A stretch of 64,000 nucleotides of DNA from Eledone cirrhosa (taxonomy: Eukaryota), in NCBI GenBank assembly GCA_964016885.1, contig OZ024740.1, positions 394,568,001 to 394,632,000 of the forward strand, written 5' to 3'. The translations under genes and the position numbers were made by a program. The notes under the pieces are model-generated. The model was not told where the DNA came from. It made no database searches and worked only from the letters and a program-made list of their open reading frames with translations. Below are positions 28,987 through 43,013 of the stretch, one piece after another (position 1 is the first letter of the stretch; each line of letters begins with the position of its first letter).

Positions 28987-29270
28987 AGATAAATCTACCA
29001 AGAGTTTACGGTAGTGTCCAATCCGAAGACGGCATATATATGTGTTGGTATGTATATTAAATTTGATAGTTTGTATAATTTTGTATAATTTTGTACATAG
29101 ATCTGTTGAATATGCATGCCAATTCTAACGCATATATGTCCTAGAAACGATCGTTAAATAATGAACTTTTTTTGTTTAATATAAGGAACTGTTTCATTGT
29201 TTTATTCATTATTTTTAATATTTTATATATATATATATATATTTATTTATTACATAACTATATATATATG

Positions 29271-29304
<34 letters not shown>

Positions 29305-29432
29305 TATGTAAATAAAGTTTCCATTTATTTAATATCATTGAATATTTACTCCAGAAACTGTCGAGTGCTCTGAATCAGTTATAAACTTTTATATTTGTTG
29401 AATTTCCCAAAAATTAAATATCCCTTCTACTT
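28836..29432 (+). mobile_element. Fold-back insertion with CCGAAGA HHR-like motif (29023-29155) and tail
   Basis: 28836-28895 is inverted to 29305-29363. Motif CCGAAGA-ggcatatatatgtgttg..taacgcatatatgtcc-GAAA-CGATCG-TT, stem I not evident. Confidence 0.7.
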
Positions 29433-29896
29433 ATATATATATATGTATATATAAGAAAGAGAGAGAGTGGGGCTGGAGAAGAGAGAAAAAGGAGGATAGG
29501 TGATGATAGATGTCATTAGAGAGATACATTAACATAAACATATACGCATCTCACTCTTCTATCACTCCCCTTCTCTCACTATCTCTATGTGTGTGTGTGT
29601 ATGTATTTATTCATATGTGTGTGAGAATATGTGCGTTCGTGTGAAGCAAAGAAACTAAAGCACAAATTTGCTGTTAAAAATTAAATGAGTGAAAACACGC
29701 AGTAACTCAGCATTAATAAAATTATGCACGGTTAATGAGAAACTAATTGTAAAAAGACGATACTTTTCTTAGATTACTAGTAGAAGTAGTGTGGTAAGTC
29801 ATTGGCTAATCGAGCTTGAAACCTAATTAAGAATCTCAGTAATATCTATTACGCTTACCTACCTAATGGTGGTTTGAAAGATGTTAAGTTCCATTA

Positions 29897-30080
29897 TTTG
29901 GCAGTACCGGTAGAGGGTCGGACGCCATGCTTTGACGCATAGAGTTACGGCCCTTGCCATTCTGAGTTCAAATCCCGCTGAGGTTAACTTTGCCTTTCAT
30001 CCTTACGGGGTCGATAAAATAAAGTACCAGTAATGTACTGGGTAATTGCAGGCCTTGTGCCAATAGTAGAAACAATTATT
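29897..30080 (+). mobile_element. SINE copy (S1)
   Basis: A/B boxes, Meta core and tail present. Confidence 0.9.
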
Positions 30081-30312
30081 TCTGTTTACACGCTTTAATA
30101 ATGTCTAATAAGTTGTCTGTTTATTCAAGCACCATTATTCCTAGAAGTTACACGTTGAATATATATATATATATATTCACATGCTAACCGTATATATCAC
30201 AATGTATATAAATACATACTCAAATACATCAATCCATTCATACATGCATATATATATATATATGTATATAAATACATACTCAAATCTATCAATCCATTCA
30301 AACATACATACA

Positions 30313-30372
<60 letters not shown>

Positions 30373-30373
30373 G

Positions 30374-30410
<37 letters not shown>

Positions 30411-30643
30411 TACTACTGTACGTCTGTATACATATATGTATGTACGTATACATACATCCTTACATTTGAGTAAGTGCCGTACTAAGAGTGAGAAATGAAA
30501 TATCGTTTCATTCTATTCAATTTATCGTTTTCGGTGCGCCTGGCCGATGAACTCACTCGATATGCAAATTAGGCTGCTCAGTCGTTAATTTTCATAAGGA
30601 AAGTATATACTTTCGAACGTTCAACCATCTGGCATAAGGGTAT

Positions 30644-30686
30644 ACGGTGCTGACGATAGCTAACAAGCTTGAAACTAGTACATCGT
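30644..30686 (+). ncRNA. Minimal hammerhead ribozyme in a 443-nt unit bounded by 60-bp direct repeats
   Basis: acggtg-CTGACGA-tagc-taacaa-gctt-GAAA-CTAG-TA-catcgt. Direct repeats at 30408-30467 and 30851-30910. Confidence 0.85.
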
Positions 30687-30906
30687 TCCTGTGTCAGTGT
30701 TGAACAAAAAGGTGACGTGGTTGCCTTAACACCGTACGGCATAAATCAGGCTGTCCGTTTGTTTACAAATGGACAAAGCGAGCGTTGTAATAAACGTTCG
30801 CTAAACTGATACGTACATATATATATGTGTGCCTGTATGTATATATATATGCATACTACTGTACGTCTGTATACATATATGTATGTACGTATACATACAT
30901 ACTTAC

Positions 30907-30979
<73 letters not shown>

Positions 30980-30982
<3 letters not shown>

Positions 30983-31779
30983 GTAAATCTCCGGGTAACA
31001 AGATCCGGTGGTGGAGAGAGAGAGATGTAATTGGGTGTACGTTGAGATGCGTGGTGTGTATAAGATGTGTGAGATGTGTAGAATGAAGGGAAGAGTATAA
31101 AGGATAAAATTAAAATAACAACACAAGAGAGAGTTACCTTGGGAGAGATTTAATAGTCCCTATACATTTTGGATTCACATCCATCAACTGGGGTTTTTTT
31201 TCCGGGGTGGGGGAAAAGGTTGTCTGTCGGACAAGTCCGGAACGCGTCCTTCGCTGTTTGTTGTTTTGAATATCTGAGGTATTTGGCAGAGCGCGCGTGC
31301 GCGTGAAATGGTGTCGGTCGTACAGAGGTCAGCGGCCGAATGAGGGAGTGGGATGGTGCTAGCTGTCAGTCCATTCTCTGCCTGTTTGTTAAATGTTACT
31401 GTGTGTGTGTGTGCGTGTGTTGTTGTCTCGCTTGAGTGTGTGTGTGTGTGTGTGTGCGTGTGTTGTTGCCTTGTTCCTCTATATTGGTAGTGTAGTATGT
31501 TCGTATGGTGGAATGCTACTGTGTGTGTGTGCGTGTGTGTGTGTAGTTGTCTCGTTTGCGCGTGTGTGTGTGTGCGTGTGTTGTGTGTTGTTGCATCGCT
31601 TGTTAACTTAAACCAGCCATCTCATTTTGCTTCTCTCTGATTGGTTGTTTACTTACATCTCTCTCTCTCCACCACCGGACCTTGTTACCCGGAGATTTAC
31701 CCATTTGCATTGTCGAGGCTTCCAAACGACTTAAAGATATTTACTTATTGTTCCACAATGCTTCAAGCAAACTTCAATA

Positions 31780-31785
<6 letters not shown>
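30980..31785. mobile_element. Fold-back insertion (family also at 36495-36870)
   Basis: 30981-31030 is inverted to 31653-31702, tail 31703-31785. 30980-31280 is a direct homologue of 36579-36871. Confidence 0.85.
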
Positions 31786-31846
<61 letters not shown>

Positions 31847-32120
31847 TGAAGTTTCCGTTGAAAAATAGAAAAAATCATAGGAGTGAAGAGTGATCTATGT
31901 AAGTACCAGAGCAAAATTTAATGTATAAAAATCAATACAAAATAATTACCTCATTACCAGAGGTTTCCCGAATATGACAAATACGAAAGAAACTTCAATA
32001 CTTATATAGCTCCCAAGGGAATGATCGCAGCATATTCTACATTTTTATGAGATTGGCACCTTCCAGCCCTTTTAAAGTCGAGCACTCTTCAGTCAATAGG
32101 ATTTTAAACCAATATTGAAC

Positions 32121-34251
32121 ATGGATAAATACCCTTTGGATTACTCTATTAAGAATATCCCAACACCTTCTAACACTTTCTACACGAAAATGCTGATAGA
32201 CAAAGTAGAGAAGTTTGTTAAAAGAATGAGATGGAAAGCTTTGATTCTCGATAGACACTTTAACACAGATTCTACGGAATATTTTGACATCAAAACACAT
32301 AAATAACCACAAAGAGTAAAAGATATGACCGCTTTTGAACTAGACCTAGTTAATCTAATCAACAATATCAATTTTCGTAAGTACTCTAACCCTTTTCAAT
32401 CTAAACTATCTAATGATATTTCAACATTCTAATAATAAGTTCATTTTCTCCGACAAAACTAAAAACCTATATGAAATTAATAATAATTTACACGACCAAC
32501 TATTAATAGATAATATCACCTCTAAATACCAAATAGCTAATATAAACACATATTATAATATAAATAAGGAAGCTAAAGAATTAGCTGTTTCTTTAAAAAT
32601 AGATAATAGGACAGAAAAACTTGCTAAACGTAATGCATATATCACCCTTAAAGATCACAAACCTGACTTTATTAATCGTCCTAGTTGTAGATTAATCAAC
32701 CCTGCTAAGACTGATATCGGTCTCGCCAGCAAAAAAATTTTAAATAATATAAATACACATATTAGAAGTAAGTCTAAATTACTCCAATGGATAAATAGCT
32801 CTTCCGTAGTACATTGGTTTAATAAAATTAATAACAAAAATAGTTCTAGATTCACCCAATTTGACATTGTAGATTTCTACCCATCTATCACTCAAACTCT
32901 TTTAGCGAAAGCTTTAAATTTCGCTAGAGAGTTTACCAATATCTCTGATATTGAAGAGAATGTCATCTTGCACGCTAGAAACACTTTACTCTTTACTGAT
33001 AATGACACTTGGGTAAAAATATCTAACCCAGAAAGCCCATTCGATGTCTCAATGGGCTCTTATGACAGTGCTGATGTTTGTGATTTAGTCGGCCTATTTC
33101 TCCTACACACACTTAAAGAAAAATTCCCTAATCATATTTTTGGGCTTTATCGTGACGATGGTCTAATACTTTCCCATACTACCATAGGCCATAACTTAGA
33201 TAGATTAAGGAAAGACCTAATAAAAACCTTTGCTAGTTTTAATCTTAAAATTACTATTGACACTAACCTTTCTAATGTAAATTTCCTAGATATAAACCTA
33301 GATTTGTCTACTGCTTCTTATAAACCATACCATAAACCTAATGAAAATTTAAAATATATAAATAAAGGCTCTTGCCATCCTCCTATAGTTTTTAAAAACC
33401 TTATCCCTAATATTAGCCGTAGGATCTCCACCCTCTCTTCCTCAGAAGCTATTTTCAATAAGGCATCCCCCTATTATAATAAAGCCCTCCAAAATAGCGG
33501 TTTTAGCGAACCGATTAAATACATACCCAACTATACTAACTCTAATAAACATAATAACAGGAAAAGAAAAATAATCTGGCTCACACCCCCCTACTCTCTA
33601 GCAGTTAAAACTAATGTAGGCAAAAAATTCCTAGAGCTCTTAGATAAACATTTCCCTAGAACACATAGATACTATAAGATCTTTAACAGAAACTGTGTCA
33701 AAATTAGCTACTCCTGCGGTCCCCCTATTAAATCTTATATAATCAATAAAAAATCACCTAGAGAACATCAAAATTGCTCCTGTAGAATAAAAAGTGAATG
33801 CCCCTTACAAGGTAAATGCAAGACCAAAGCCATTGTATATGCGGCTAAAGTGACAACCATCAGCAACAACCAACCAGCCACCAGTGAACGATATGTGGGT
33901 ATGACGCAAGACAAATTCAAAACGCGTTATTACTCACATGTCGCATCCTTTCGACACCCAGAAAAAAGATTTACAACAGCTCTGGCTAGCAGAATATGGG
34001 ATTTGAAAGACCAAGGTATCCAATATAAATTGGATTGGTCAATTTTGAACCAATCTAAAGAATATGCAAGAGGAACAAGAAAATGCACGCTCTGCATAAA
34101 TGAAAAATATTGGATTTTACAAAACCTTAAATCACCAAAGACCTGCCTAAACACAAAGACAGAAATTTTCACCAGTTGCCCACACATGAAATCACACCTG
34201 CTTTCCAGCTCATATAAACTTAACACACTTTCAGATACTTATCCTCCATAA
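32121..34251 (+). pseudogene. PLE polyprotein (RT + CxC-CPL linker + GIY-YIG), tentatively Nematis-like, with a stop at 32304 and a frameshift near 32415
   Basis: YSIKNIP..KRMRWKA, SDKTKNLY, TLKDHK, CRLINPAK, FDIVDFYPSI, FDVSMGSYD, GLYRDDGL, NFLD, IVY..YVGMT..FKTRYYSH, CTLCINEK. Confidence 0.95.
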
Positions 34252-34329
34252 GCTCTTATTCTTCACTCAAATTATTCTCTTTAAGACTACCTTTTCTGAT
34301 TTACTTTCATTTTTAACCTTATTATTAAT

Positions 34330-34772
34330 TTTATTTTTATTTTTATTTTTATTTTTATTTTTATTTTTATTTTTATTTTTATTTTTATTTTTATTTTTAT
34401 TTTTATTTTTATTTTTATTTTTATTTTTATTTTTATTTTTATTTTTATTTTTATTTTTATTTTTATTTTTATTTTTATTTTTATTTTTATTTTTATTTTT
34501 ATTTTTATTTTTATTTTTATTTTTATTTTTATTTTTATTTTTATTTTTATTTTTATTTTTATTTTTTTATTTTATTTTTATTTTTATTTTTATTTTTATT
34601 TTTATTTTTATTTTTTTTTTTATTTTTATTTTTATTTTTATTTTTATTTTTATTTTTATTTTTTTTTTTATTTTTATTTTTATTTTTATTTTTATTTTTA
34701 TTTTTATTTTTATTTTTATTTTTATTTTTATTTTTATTTTTATTTTTATTTTTATTTTTATTTTTATTTTTA
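34330..34772. repeat. (ATTTTT)n hexamer array in the PLE2 3' UTR
   Basis: Direct reading. Confidence 0.95.
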
Positions 34773-35960
34773 CTTCACATCCACCACTACCCCCCCCATA
34801 CACACACTTTACTCTCCGATTCACTACCTAATATCTTCACTTTCCACCTTTTACTTCCCTATTTTCTTCACTACCTGATTACACAAGTCATTTGCGTTTT
34901 CCACTCCAGATATTTTCTGTTATTTAGCAGCCAGTTTTATATTTTTATATTTGCACTCACTCAATCACAAGGCTGTTTTTACACCCTGTATCTATGTGTC
35001 TGAGCGTCTTTATGTGTGTATACTTTCTGTATACGAACGCCTCCGTATGTACGCGCGCGTGCATGTATATATATATATATGTTTGTATGTGTGTTTTTAT
35101 ATCTGTGTCTTTACATCCATGTTTTTGTACATTCTTATTTTTATGTGTGTGCATGTTAGCGGGTCAACGTGCGTGAGTGTATATATGTGTGTGTGTGAGT
35201 GTGTGCGTACTGCATCTATGGATGTGTATGTGTGCGTATGTATATATATATGTGTGTATATGTATTTATGTGTGTGTATGTGTTGTGTGTGTATACAGTC
35301 GCGTACGTATGCGTATTAGATATACACGGGGCGATGTATTTGTATATATATATATGTGCATCCTATGTGTGTATGTACGTTTGCATACGCTTTTGTCTGC
35401 ACCTTTTGCGTGTGTGTATATATATATATTTTATAGATATATGTTTCTTTTAGATATATGTATGTATGTACGCGTGTACCTTGTTTGTTTTGTTTTCTTT
35501 ACTTTGCAAATTTATTGTTCCATTTTTATAATTATATCGAGATTGATACTTTCTTTTTACTATTACATTCCCTTACCTCTTTTTCTTCCGCATATAAGTG
35601 TACGCGCGTGCGTGTGTGTTTATACGCGTGCCTTCATATTCTTATAATGTATCTAACACTCTGTTTTCTCTGTATACCTGTCAAACAGACACTCATATCA
35701 TGTGTGTGTCTATCGTTACATATATACATATATTTACGCACACATTTTCACTATACACACGCATTTGTACATATATACATATGTATATCTGTGAGTGTAT
35801 ATACATACATATACACACAACTAAATATATTTCTTAAAATATTTTTTTATATATTTTATATTTTATATTTTATATGTCTATTGTATTACCTTCATCTATA
35901 TATATATAATTTTTCTTGCATTTCTTGAGGAGACTTTCAAAATATTTATATATGTTTTAT

Positions 35961-36038
35961 ATTGCCTCGTCCGACGAACGAATGAAGACGTCTCTTTCGT
36001 ATTCGTCTTATTCGGGAAACCTCTGGTAATGAGGTAAT
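35961..36038 (+). ncRNA. Hammerhead motif of PLE2 with CCGACGA core
   Basis: attgcctcgt-CCGACGA-acgaat..attcgg-GAAA-CCtctGG-TA-atgaggtaat: 10-bp stem I including G-U pairs. Confidence 0.8.
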
Positions 36039-36060
36039 TATTTTGTATTGATTTTTATAC

Positions 36061-36097
<37 letters not shown>

Positions 36098-36121
36098 TTA
36101 CATACATACATACATACACTG

Positions 36122-36390
36122 AGCATGAAGACAAAAGTCAGCTCAAAAGTGACACAGAGGAGACGGAGGTTAGCTGGATATGCTCACCGACATCCAGAGT
36201 TGACACTGCACTCAGTGCTCCTGTGGGAGCCCCTGCATGCACACACTGGAAGAGGAAGACCGAGGTTAACATATGTTGATACCCTAAGTACAGACACTGG
36301 TCTGTTGGAGACGCAGGACATGGCAGCGATAATGAGGCACAGAGACCGCTGAGACAACTCGTCCATGGATCTCGGGAATTTTACCCGCCC
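36122..36390 (+). mobile_element. RTE-clade LINE 3' fragment
   Basis: RRRRLAGYAHRHPE..VLLWEP..GRGRPRLTYVDTL..DTGL..M..RDR. Confidence 0.85.
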
Positions 36391-36415
36391 TAGATAGATA
36401 GATACATGCATACAT

Positions 36416-36494
<79 letters not shown>

Positions 36495-36497
<3 letters not shown>

Positions 36498-36871
36498 AGA
36501 GTATTGAAGTTTGCTTGAAGTATTGTGGAATAATAAGGTAAATTTCTTTAAGTCGTTTGGAAGCCTCGACAATGCAGATGGGTAAATCTCCGGGTAACAA
36601 GATCCGGTGATGGAGAGAGAGATGTAAGTGGGTGTACGTTGAGATGCGTGGCGTGTATAAGACTGTAACGTGTAGAGGAATGAAGGAAAGAGCGTAAAGG
36701 ATAAAAATAAAAATAACAACACGATAAAGAGTTACCTTGGGAGAGATTTAATTGTCCCTATATATTTCGGATTCACATCCATCAAGTGGGGTTTTTTCCG
36801 GGGGGGGGGGGGGTCTGTCGGAAAGGTGCGAAACGTGTCCTCCGCTGTTCGTTGTTTTGAATATCTGAGGT
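36495..36871 (-). mobile_element. Tail-bearing copy of the 31 kb family
   Basis: Reverse complement of 31653-31785 joined to a homologue of 30980-31280. Confidence 0.85.
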
Positions 36872-36882
36872 ATGCATGTGTG

Positions 36883-36914
<32 letters not shown>

Positions 36915-36922
<8 letters not shown>

Positions 36923-37525
36923 ATCAAAAAATGGTTAAAAGAGTTCCATGTATTTTATTATGCGCATTTCAAAAACAAATATCATCATGCAATAACATTT
37001 GCGTTTTCGTCAGATAAAATAGGGAGACATGATATGAAGGTTAAAACACACTTGTGAATAGTGCAGTTTTAAATCAACATATGAAAAGTAGTTTTAGATT
37101 GATGTGTGATATTGGGAAAAAATTGAGGGGGGGGGGGTGAAAAAGAGGAGGAAACCTCCCCCTCCACTTTTTACTCTCCTCTCCTCTTCTTTTTCATCCT
37201 TTCCAACCTCCCCGCCCCTCAATTTTTTCCCAATATCACACATCAATCTAAAACTACTTTTCATATGTTGATTTAAAACTGCACTATTCACAAGTGTGTT
37301 TTAACCTTCATATCATGTCTCCCTATTTTATCTGACGAAAACGCAAATGTTATTGCATGATGATATCTGTTTTTGAAATGCGCATAATAAAATACATGGA
37401 ACTCTTTTAACCATCTTTTGATCGTATATATTATTATTTATACTCCAGTCCTACAAACTGTAGAGTGCTACTTATCCGATATCTGCATTGCTTTATTGTA
37501 CTACAATAAAACTCACCTCCTACAT
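36915..37525 (+). mobile_element. Fold-back insertion, same family as 8593-9015
   Basis: Arms ~36915-37130 / 37215-37430, tail 37431-37525 nearly identical to 8930-9015. Confidence 0.9.
37326..37392 (+). ncRNA. Type I minimal hammerhead ribozyme (mirror copy on - strand at 36953-37019)
   Basis: ttttat-CTGACGA-stem II-GAAA-TGCGCA-TA-ataaaa. Confidence 0.85.
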
Positions 37526-37989
37526 TATATATATATATATATATATATATACATGCACACACACTCATATATATAGGTTTACACATATATATATATATAC
37601 ACGTGTGTGTATATGTATTTATGTATGCATGCACATTCAAACGTAAAACTCTTATAGGAACAACACAGACAGCCGAATAACAAGATAGAATAAAAGGAAT
37701 TAAGTTAGCGCCGAATGTGAAAAGATTGAATTCTTCGTGTTTTAGGCTAAGTGTCTATCATGTGAGAGGAAAATAAATGATAAGGAAAATATAGAGAAAC
37801 GGCAGTCATGATTGTAAGTGAAACTGAAGTGAGAAAGTGACGGAAGGATTTTTGAAGTCACATAGCGAAAAATACAGATATACTGAGGAAACAGACATTC
37901 TTCTTCGACTAACAACTTCCGTTTCAGCTAAGGTATGGTTTCCCAAAGGGGAAAATAAGACGAGGTAACACACATACACACACACAATC

Positions 37990-38070
<81 letters not shown>

Positions 38071-38111
38071 CGAAACATAAGTCAATTGCATGAACTCATA
38101 ATCCTTTATTT

Positions 38112-38167
38112 ACTGCTATATATATTTCGATGATAGCCATTGAATGGCTATGACCTCATCAGGCAGT
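38112..38167 (-). ncRNA. Type I minimal hammerhead ribozyme in a ~165-bp TA-flanked insert
   Basis: actgc-CTGATGA-ggtcatagccat-tca-atggctatcatc-GAAA-TATATA-TA-gcagt. Confidence 0.9.
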
Positions 38168-38226
38168 TAGTCAGTTCTTAGATATGCCAGCTCTGTGTTT
38201 ATAGTGTTGATGGTATCAGAGCCTTG

Positions 38227-38331
<105 letters not shown>

Positions 38332-38872
38332 CATATTTTCTTATATTTACCCAAACTGCAATTCTGTGTTTCTCTCTTTCTCTCTTACTGCTCCCTCGTT
38401 CTCTCTGTTTCTCTTACTTTCTTTCGTCCCCTCTGCCATGTCAGTTAACTCTTTCTCTCTACTGACCTCTTCCTCGCACTCCCACTCACTCAGTCTCTGT
38501 TTATCCCCTTCTTTCTTCCTCCCGTTCGCTGGGAAAACGGTTTTCATTCTTTCTAACACCGGATTCACTAGCGAAAGGTCTGTTTTCTGACTCGCTCATA
38601 TATTCACACAGCTTATGCTGAAAGAATAACTATGTTGCTTGTGTTTATTTCCATCTTCGGTTAGCTTCCCCCTGTGTTGTTTACTTGTCTCACTCGCTTT
38701 ACGTGTTTCTATTGTCCTAATAACTTATTTTAGTTATTATCGCTCCAACGTGAGGTATATGATTTTTAATGCGATGAAATACCCATGATCGTTTGGTAAA
38801 TCACTGATGAAGGACTCATTTTATAACATGTTATCCATGTGAAACCAGCAGTATTCTTCTCACCCATATTTT

Positions 38873-38919
<47 letters not shown>

Positions 38920-39049
38920 ATAAACCTAAGAAAATTAGGTTAACAAAGAGAGGACAAGACAACGAACGGAAACTAGGCAAAACGAAGAACAATTTTAAAG
39001 ATGAAATCTTTAAAAAATTACGTTTTTTTAAAATAAAAATACAAAAGAA

Positions 39050-39285
39050 GGACATACAACTCCAGGGTCATCGGACGTTGAGATGGACTGGCATTTTCGA
39101 CCTCTACCAACAGTACTGCTGGTTCACCCGGCGTCAGAGCGTCTGACACAATCCAAACGCTATGTGAGTGTAAGTACTTTGGTGGGATTTTCTTGTGTCA
39201 AAAGGCCAAATTATATTCAGGGCTTGTAAAAAATGACTGGAAATAGCTAGGAGTAGATAAAGTTTTTTTCTTTTGGCCTATTGTA
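39050..39285 (-). mobile_element. Possible degenerate Tc1/mariner 5' remnant
   Basis: A tacaataggccaaaag TIR-like start and weak HTH-like translation. Confidence 0.3.
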
Positions 39286-39286
39286 T

Positions 39287-39375
<89 letters not shown>

Positions 39376-41004
39376 TGTGTGTGTGTGTATGTGTGTGTCT
39401 GTGTGTGTGTGTGTGTGTGTGTGTCGTTGTGTGTGTGTGTGTGTGTGTGTTTGTACGGTTTGTGTATATTTAGGGTTTCTAAATAAAGGCAAGAGAGAGG
39501 GGAGGTAAAATACAACTAGAAGTATATGTATAAACATGATTGAAAACAGTCTTGCCAAGAGTTGGCAATATACTTGAACGCATTTAATCACAGATTAGCA
39601 CTGTCAAGGCTCCCTTGAATCAACATAAATCTACGTATACTTTCTTTCTATAACAGAAAATCAATCATCGTTCCTTATTTCAAGCAATTGTAGCAGAATA
39701 CCTGGTGTTGTCCATGTTCAAAAGAAGCTATAAATCAAAATCATTCTTAATGAAGGCATATTGTGTTTACTAGAATACCTTTAGATTTCTCGTGTGAAGT
39801 TAGATTGTACGAAAGAAATGAAATAGTTTCTACCATGATTAGTCCGGTGTCTAATTGGTTGTGTTACAGATACGCGTTCATTGTGAATAATATATTTTAT
39901 AATTCTACCATATACTTGCTATACTGAGTGATTAAGCAGTATACTTTTCAATTATAAGGATTGGACTTAGTTCCTACTGAGCGATATCTTCTAGAAATTT
40001 CGTTACCATAGCCCCAGGTCGACGCAAGTCTTGTCCATAAAATTTGGTGGACAGAAACTGCATTGAAGCCTGTCGGATAAAGTGTATTTGTACTTCAAAA
40101 TCCAGCTTTGTCAAATATTATGAAATGCTAACTCTGCTTGGAAATTAATTTAAGGCTATACGTGTCTATGGAATACACAACAACTTCCAAAATAATTTTA
40201 GTGTTGCATGTTCAGTTAAGTGAACGATTGAATGCTCATTGGCGAAACCGACGGAGGATCCATTATAAAGAGAAAAAATAATGAGAAAAAGGAGACAGAG
40301 AAACAGAAAGAGAAGAAAAGAGAGATAAACAAAAAAGTGTAACTGGGAGAAACTAGTGAATGTGAGTGAAGGACAAAAGAAGAGAAAGAGCTTAGAATCA
40401 AAATGGTGCTAGTTGTCAGCATGTGAGAAGGATGTGGCAGGTATTATTATCAACACTTATAGGTCATAAATAAACTGTAACTTTGCCAAATTTAATGATT
40501 GCTGCAGTTCAACGGTGATTCCTCACTTGCCGTAAAACTAAGAGTTATGGAACGTGAACACACTCTTCTTTTAAAGACAAAACTTTGTAAACATTTCAAT
40601 TGATCGCTGTGGTTTCTTGGTTAGTTGGAAATACTTCAAGCCGATGAATTTCAATTGTGGATGATTTAAGGCAGATGATGGCTATCAAAGGTATTTTTAT
40701 TGCTGCATTGCAATGATACTGTGCTGTATGAGTTGAAAGTTGTGGTGGATATGCGAGCTCTTTATTGCTTAGATTTTCAATTGCCTACTTTCTCTTTCCT
40801 CACCCAAAATTTACTACCGCTCACCATTTTATCGTTAGTGTGAACCACTATCATCTTCACCATCATAGTCATCATGTCATCACTGCCAACATTACAACAT
40901 CCACACTGCCTGCTTTAGATTTGCTTCTATTATATTCCAGCGTACATAACATCCAGAAATTCTATGTATGCATATATATATAATGAGTGTGTGTGTGTGT
41001 GTGA

Positions 41005-41042
<38 letters not shown>

Positions 41043-41043
41043 T

Positions 41044-41133
<90 letters not shown>

Positions 41134-41169
41134 CATACATACGTACATACATACATAAATATATACATA

Positions 41170-41231
<62 letters not shown>

Positions 41232-41319
41232 CACACATATATATATATATATATACATACATACGTACATACATAAATAAATATATACATATGTATATAT
41301 ATATGTATATATACACACA

Positions 41320-41425
<106 letters not shown>

Positions 41426-41460
41426 TACATACATACGTACATACATACATAAATATATAC

Positions 41461-41505
<45 letters not shown>

Positions 41506-41948
41506 TGGGATACGAAGATAAAGATGGTAAGGGGCAATTAGGGGGAATCAGAGAGAGAGAGTGAAAGAGAAAAAGGTAATAGGCCTCAACAAGACCATAT
41601 ATATATGAGTGTGAGTGCGTGCGTGTGCGTGGGTCTGTATGCATGTATGTAATTATGTATATATGCATGTATGTATATGTGTATGCGTGTGCGGATATAG
41701 AGATATGTGAGTTTGTAGATAGAGAGTTAGGTAGGATCTAGGTAGCTAAGTTGGTTGGTTTACACTTACATACACAAATAACGTGACGAGAAAAACGAAG
41801 TTTAGTTGTGTAATATGTGGAGAAAGATGGCTAAGTTAAATATATTTGAAAGTAAAGCAGCTGAATCGGAATTAATGGCCGCATACATATATGTATGTAG
41901 ACGTGCACGTCTAAGCATTTTTGCGTGTAGGGTGGGGACATTGGGGTA

Positions 41949-42010
<62 letters not shown>

Positions 42011-42021
42011 TCTGTGTGTGT

Positions 42022-42063
<42 letters not shown>

Positions 42064-42942
42064 GCGCGTGTGTGTGTGTTTGTGCGTTTGTGTGGGTGTG
42101 TGTTTGTATTTGTATGTGTATGTGTGTTTGTGTATGTGTGTATGTATGTGTGTGTGTGTGTGTGTGTATATGTGCGTGTGTGCGTGTGTGTGTGTGCGTT
42201 TGTATGTGTTTGTGTGTGTGTGTGTGTCCGTGTGTGTGTGTGCAAGCAAGTATGTGTATGTGAGCGTGTACAGATGAGTGTATAGATAGATTACAATTGC
42301 AGTTAGATAATATTAATTACTTATATTGACGCTGGGCTACAGAGTTTGTAATGGAGCGAAATATTTAAGTGAATCGATCTCAATACAAAGTTAGAACCAT
42401 AACATTATCGAGCCAAGAGGATCGAAATATAAATGGATCCAATTGAGTTTCAGTGTAGAACGTCTAGAAACGAAAGGAAATGCTGTGAGGTATTTAATTC
42501 GATGCTTTAACGTTTCTGATATTCTACCACATTAACGGTTGGATAATACTACGATCTCGACATGCGAACATTAGCCAACATTTTAGCGAAATTGTCGATT
42601 GAAATATATTCAAGGTGATTATATGCGTGATATACAACGCTTAACGTTGACCATTATTATAGGAATATGTAAGCCATTTTGCAAGCATTTGGATCGTATC
42701 CATTTAAACAGAACCTTGTCGCAAAGAGAGGTGTGACTCATTCCAATATTAAACTCCTATCAAAGTAGTTACAATAATGCTTTTTTCAAGTCATTTACCT
42801 GAAAAAGACTTGTTAAATAACTAGTTTTTCACCTTAATATCCAACATACTCAGAAAGCAATCCAGCATACACAGCAACCCCACTGTTAAACACAAATATT
42901 GGGCTAAGGAAAATATGTATATTTCATTAATGCACTAAAAGA

Positions 42943-43013
<71 letters not shown>

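Larger units (their letters stand above)
31845..36064 (+). mobile_element. PLE copy 2, near full length, with an inverted terminal segment
   Basis: RT/EN ORF and long 3' UTR. 31919-31990 is inverted to 35993-36064. (TA)n on both sides. Confidence 0.9.

Noticed and set aside
32115-34251. Selenocysteine read-through as in Naiad-type PLEs
   Set aside because: The interrupting stop is TAA and the endonuclease is C-terminal.
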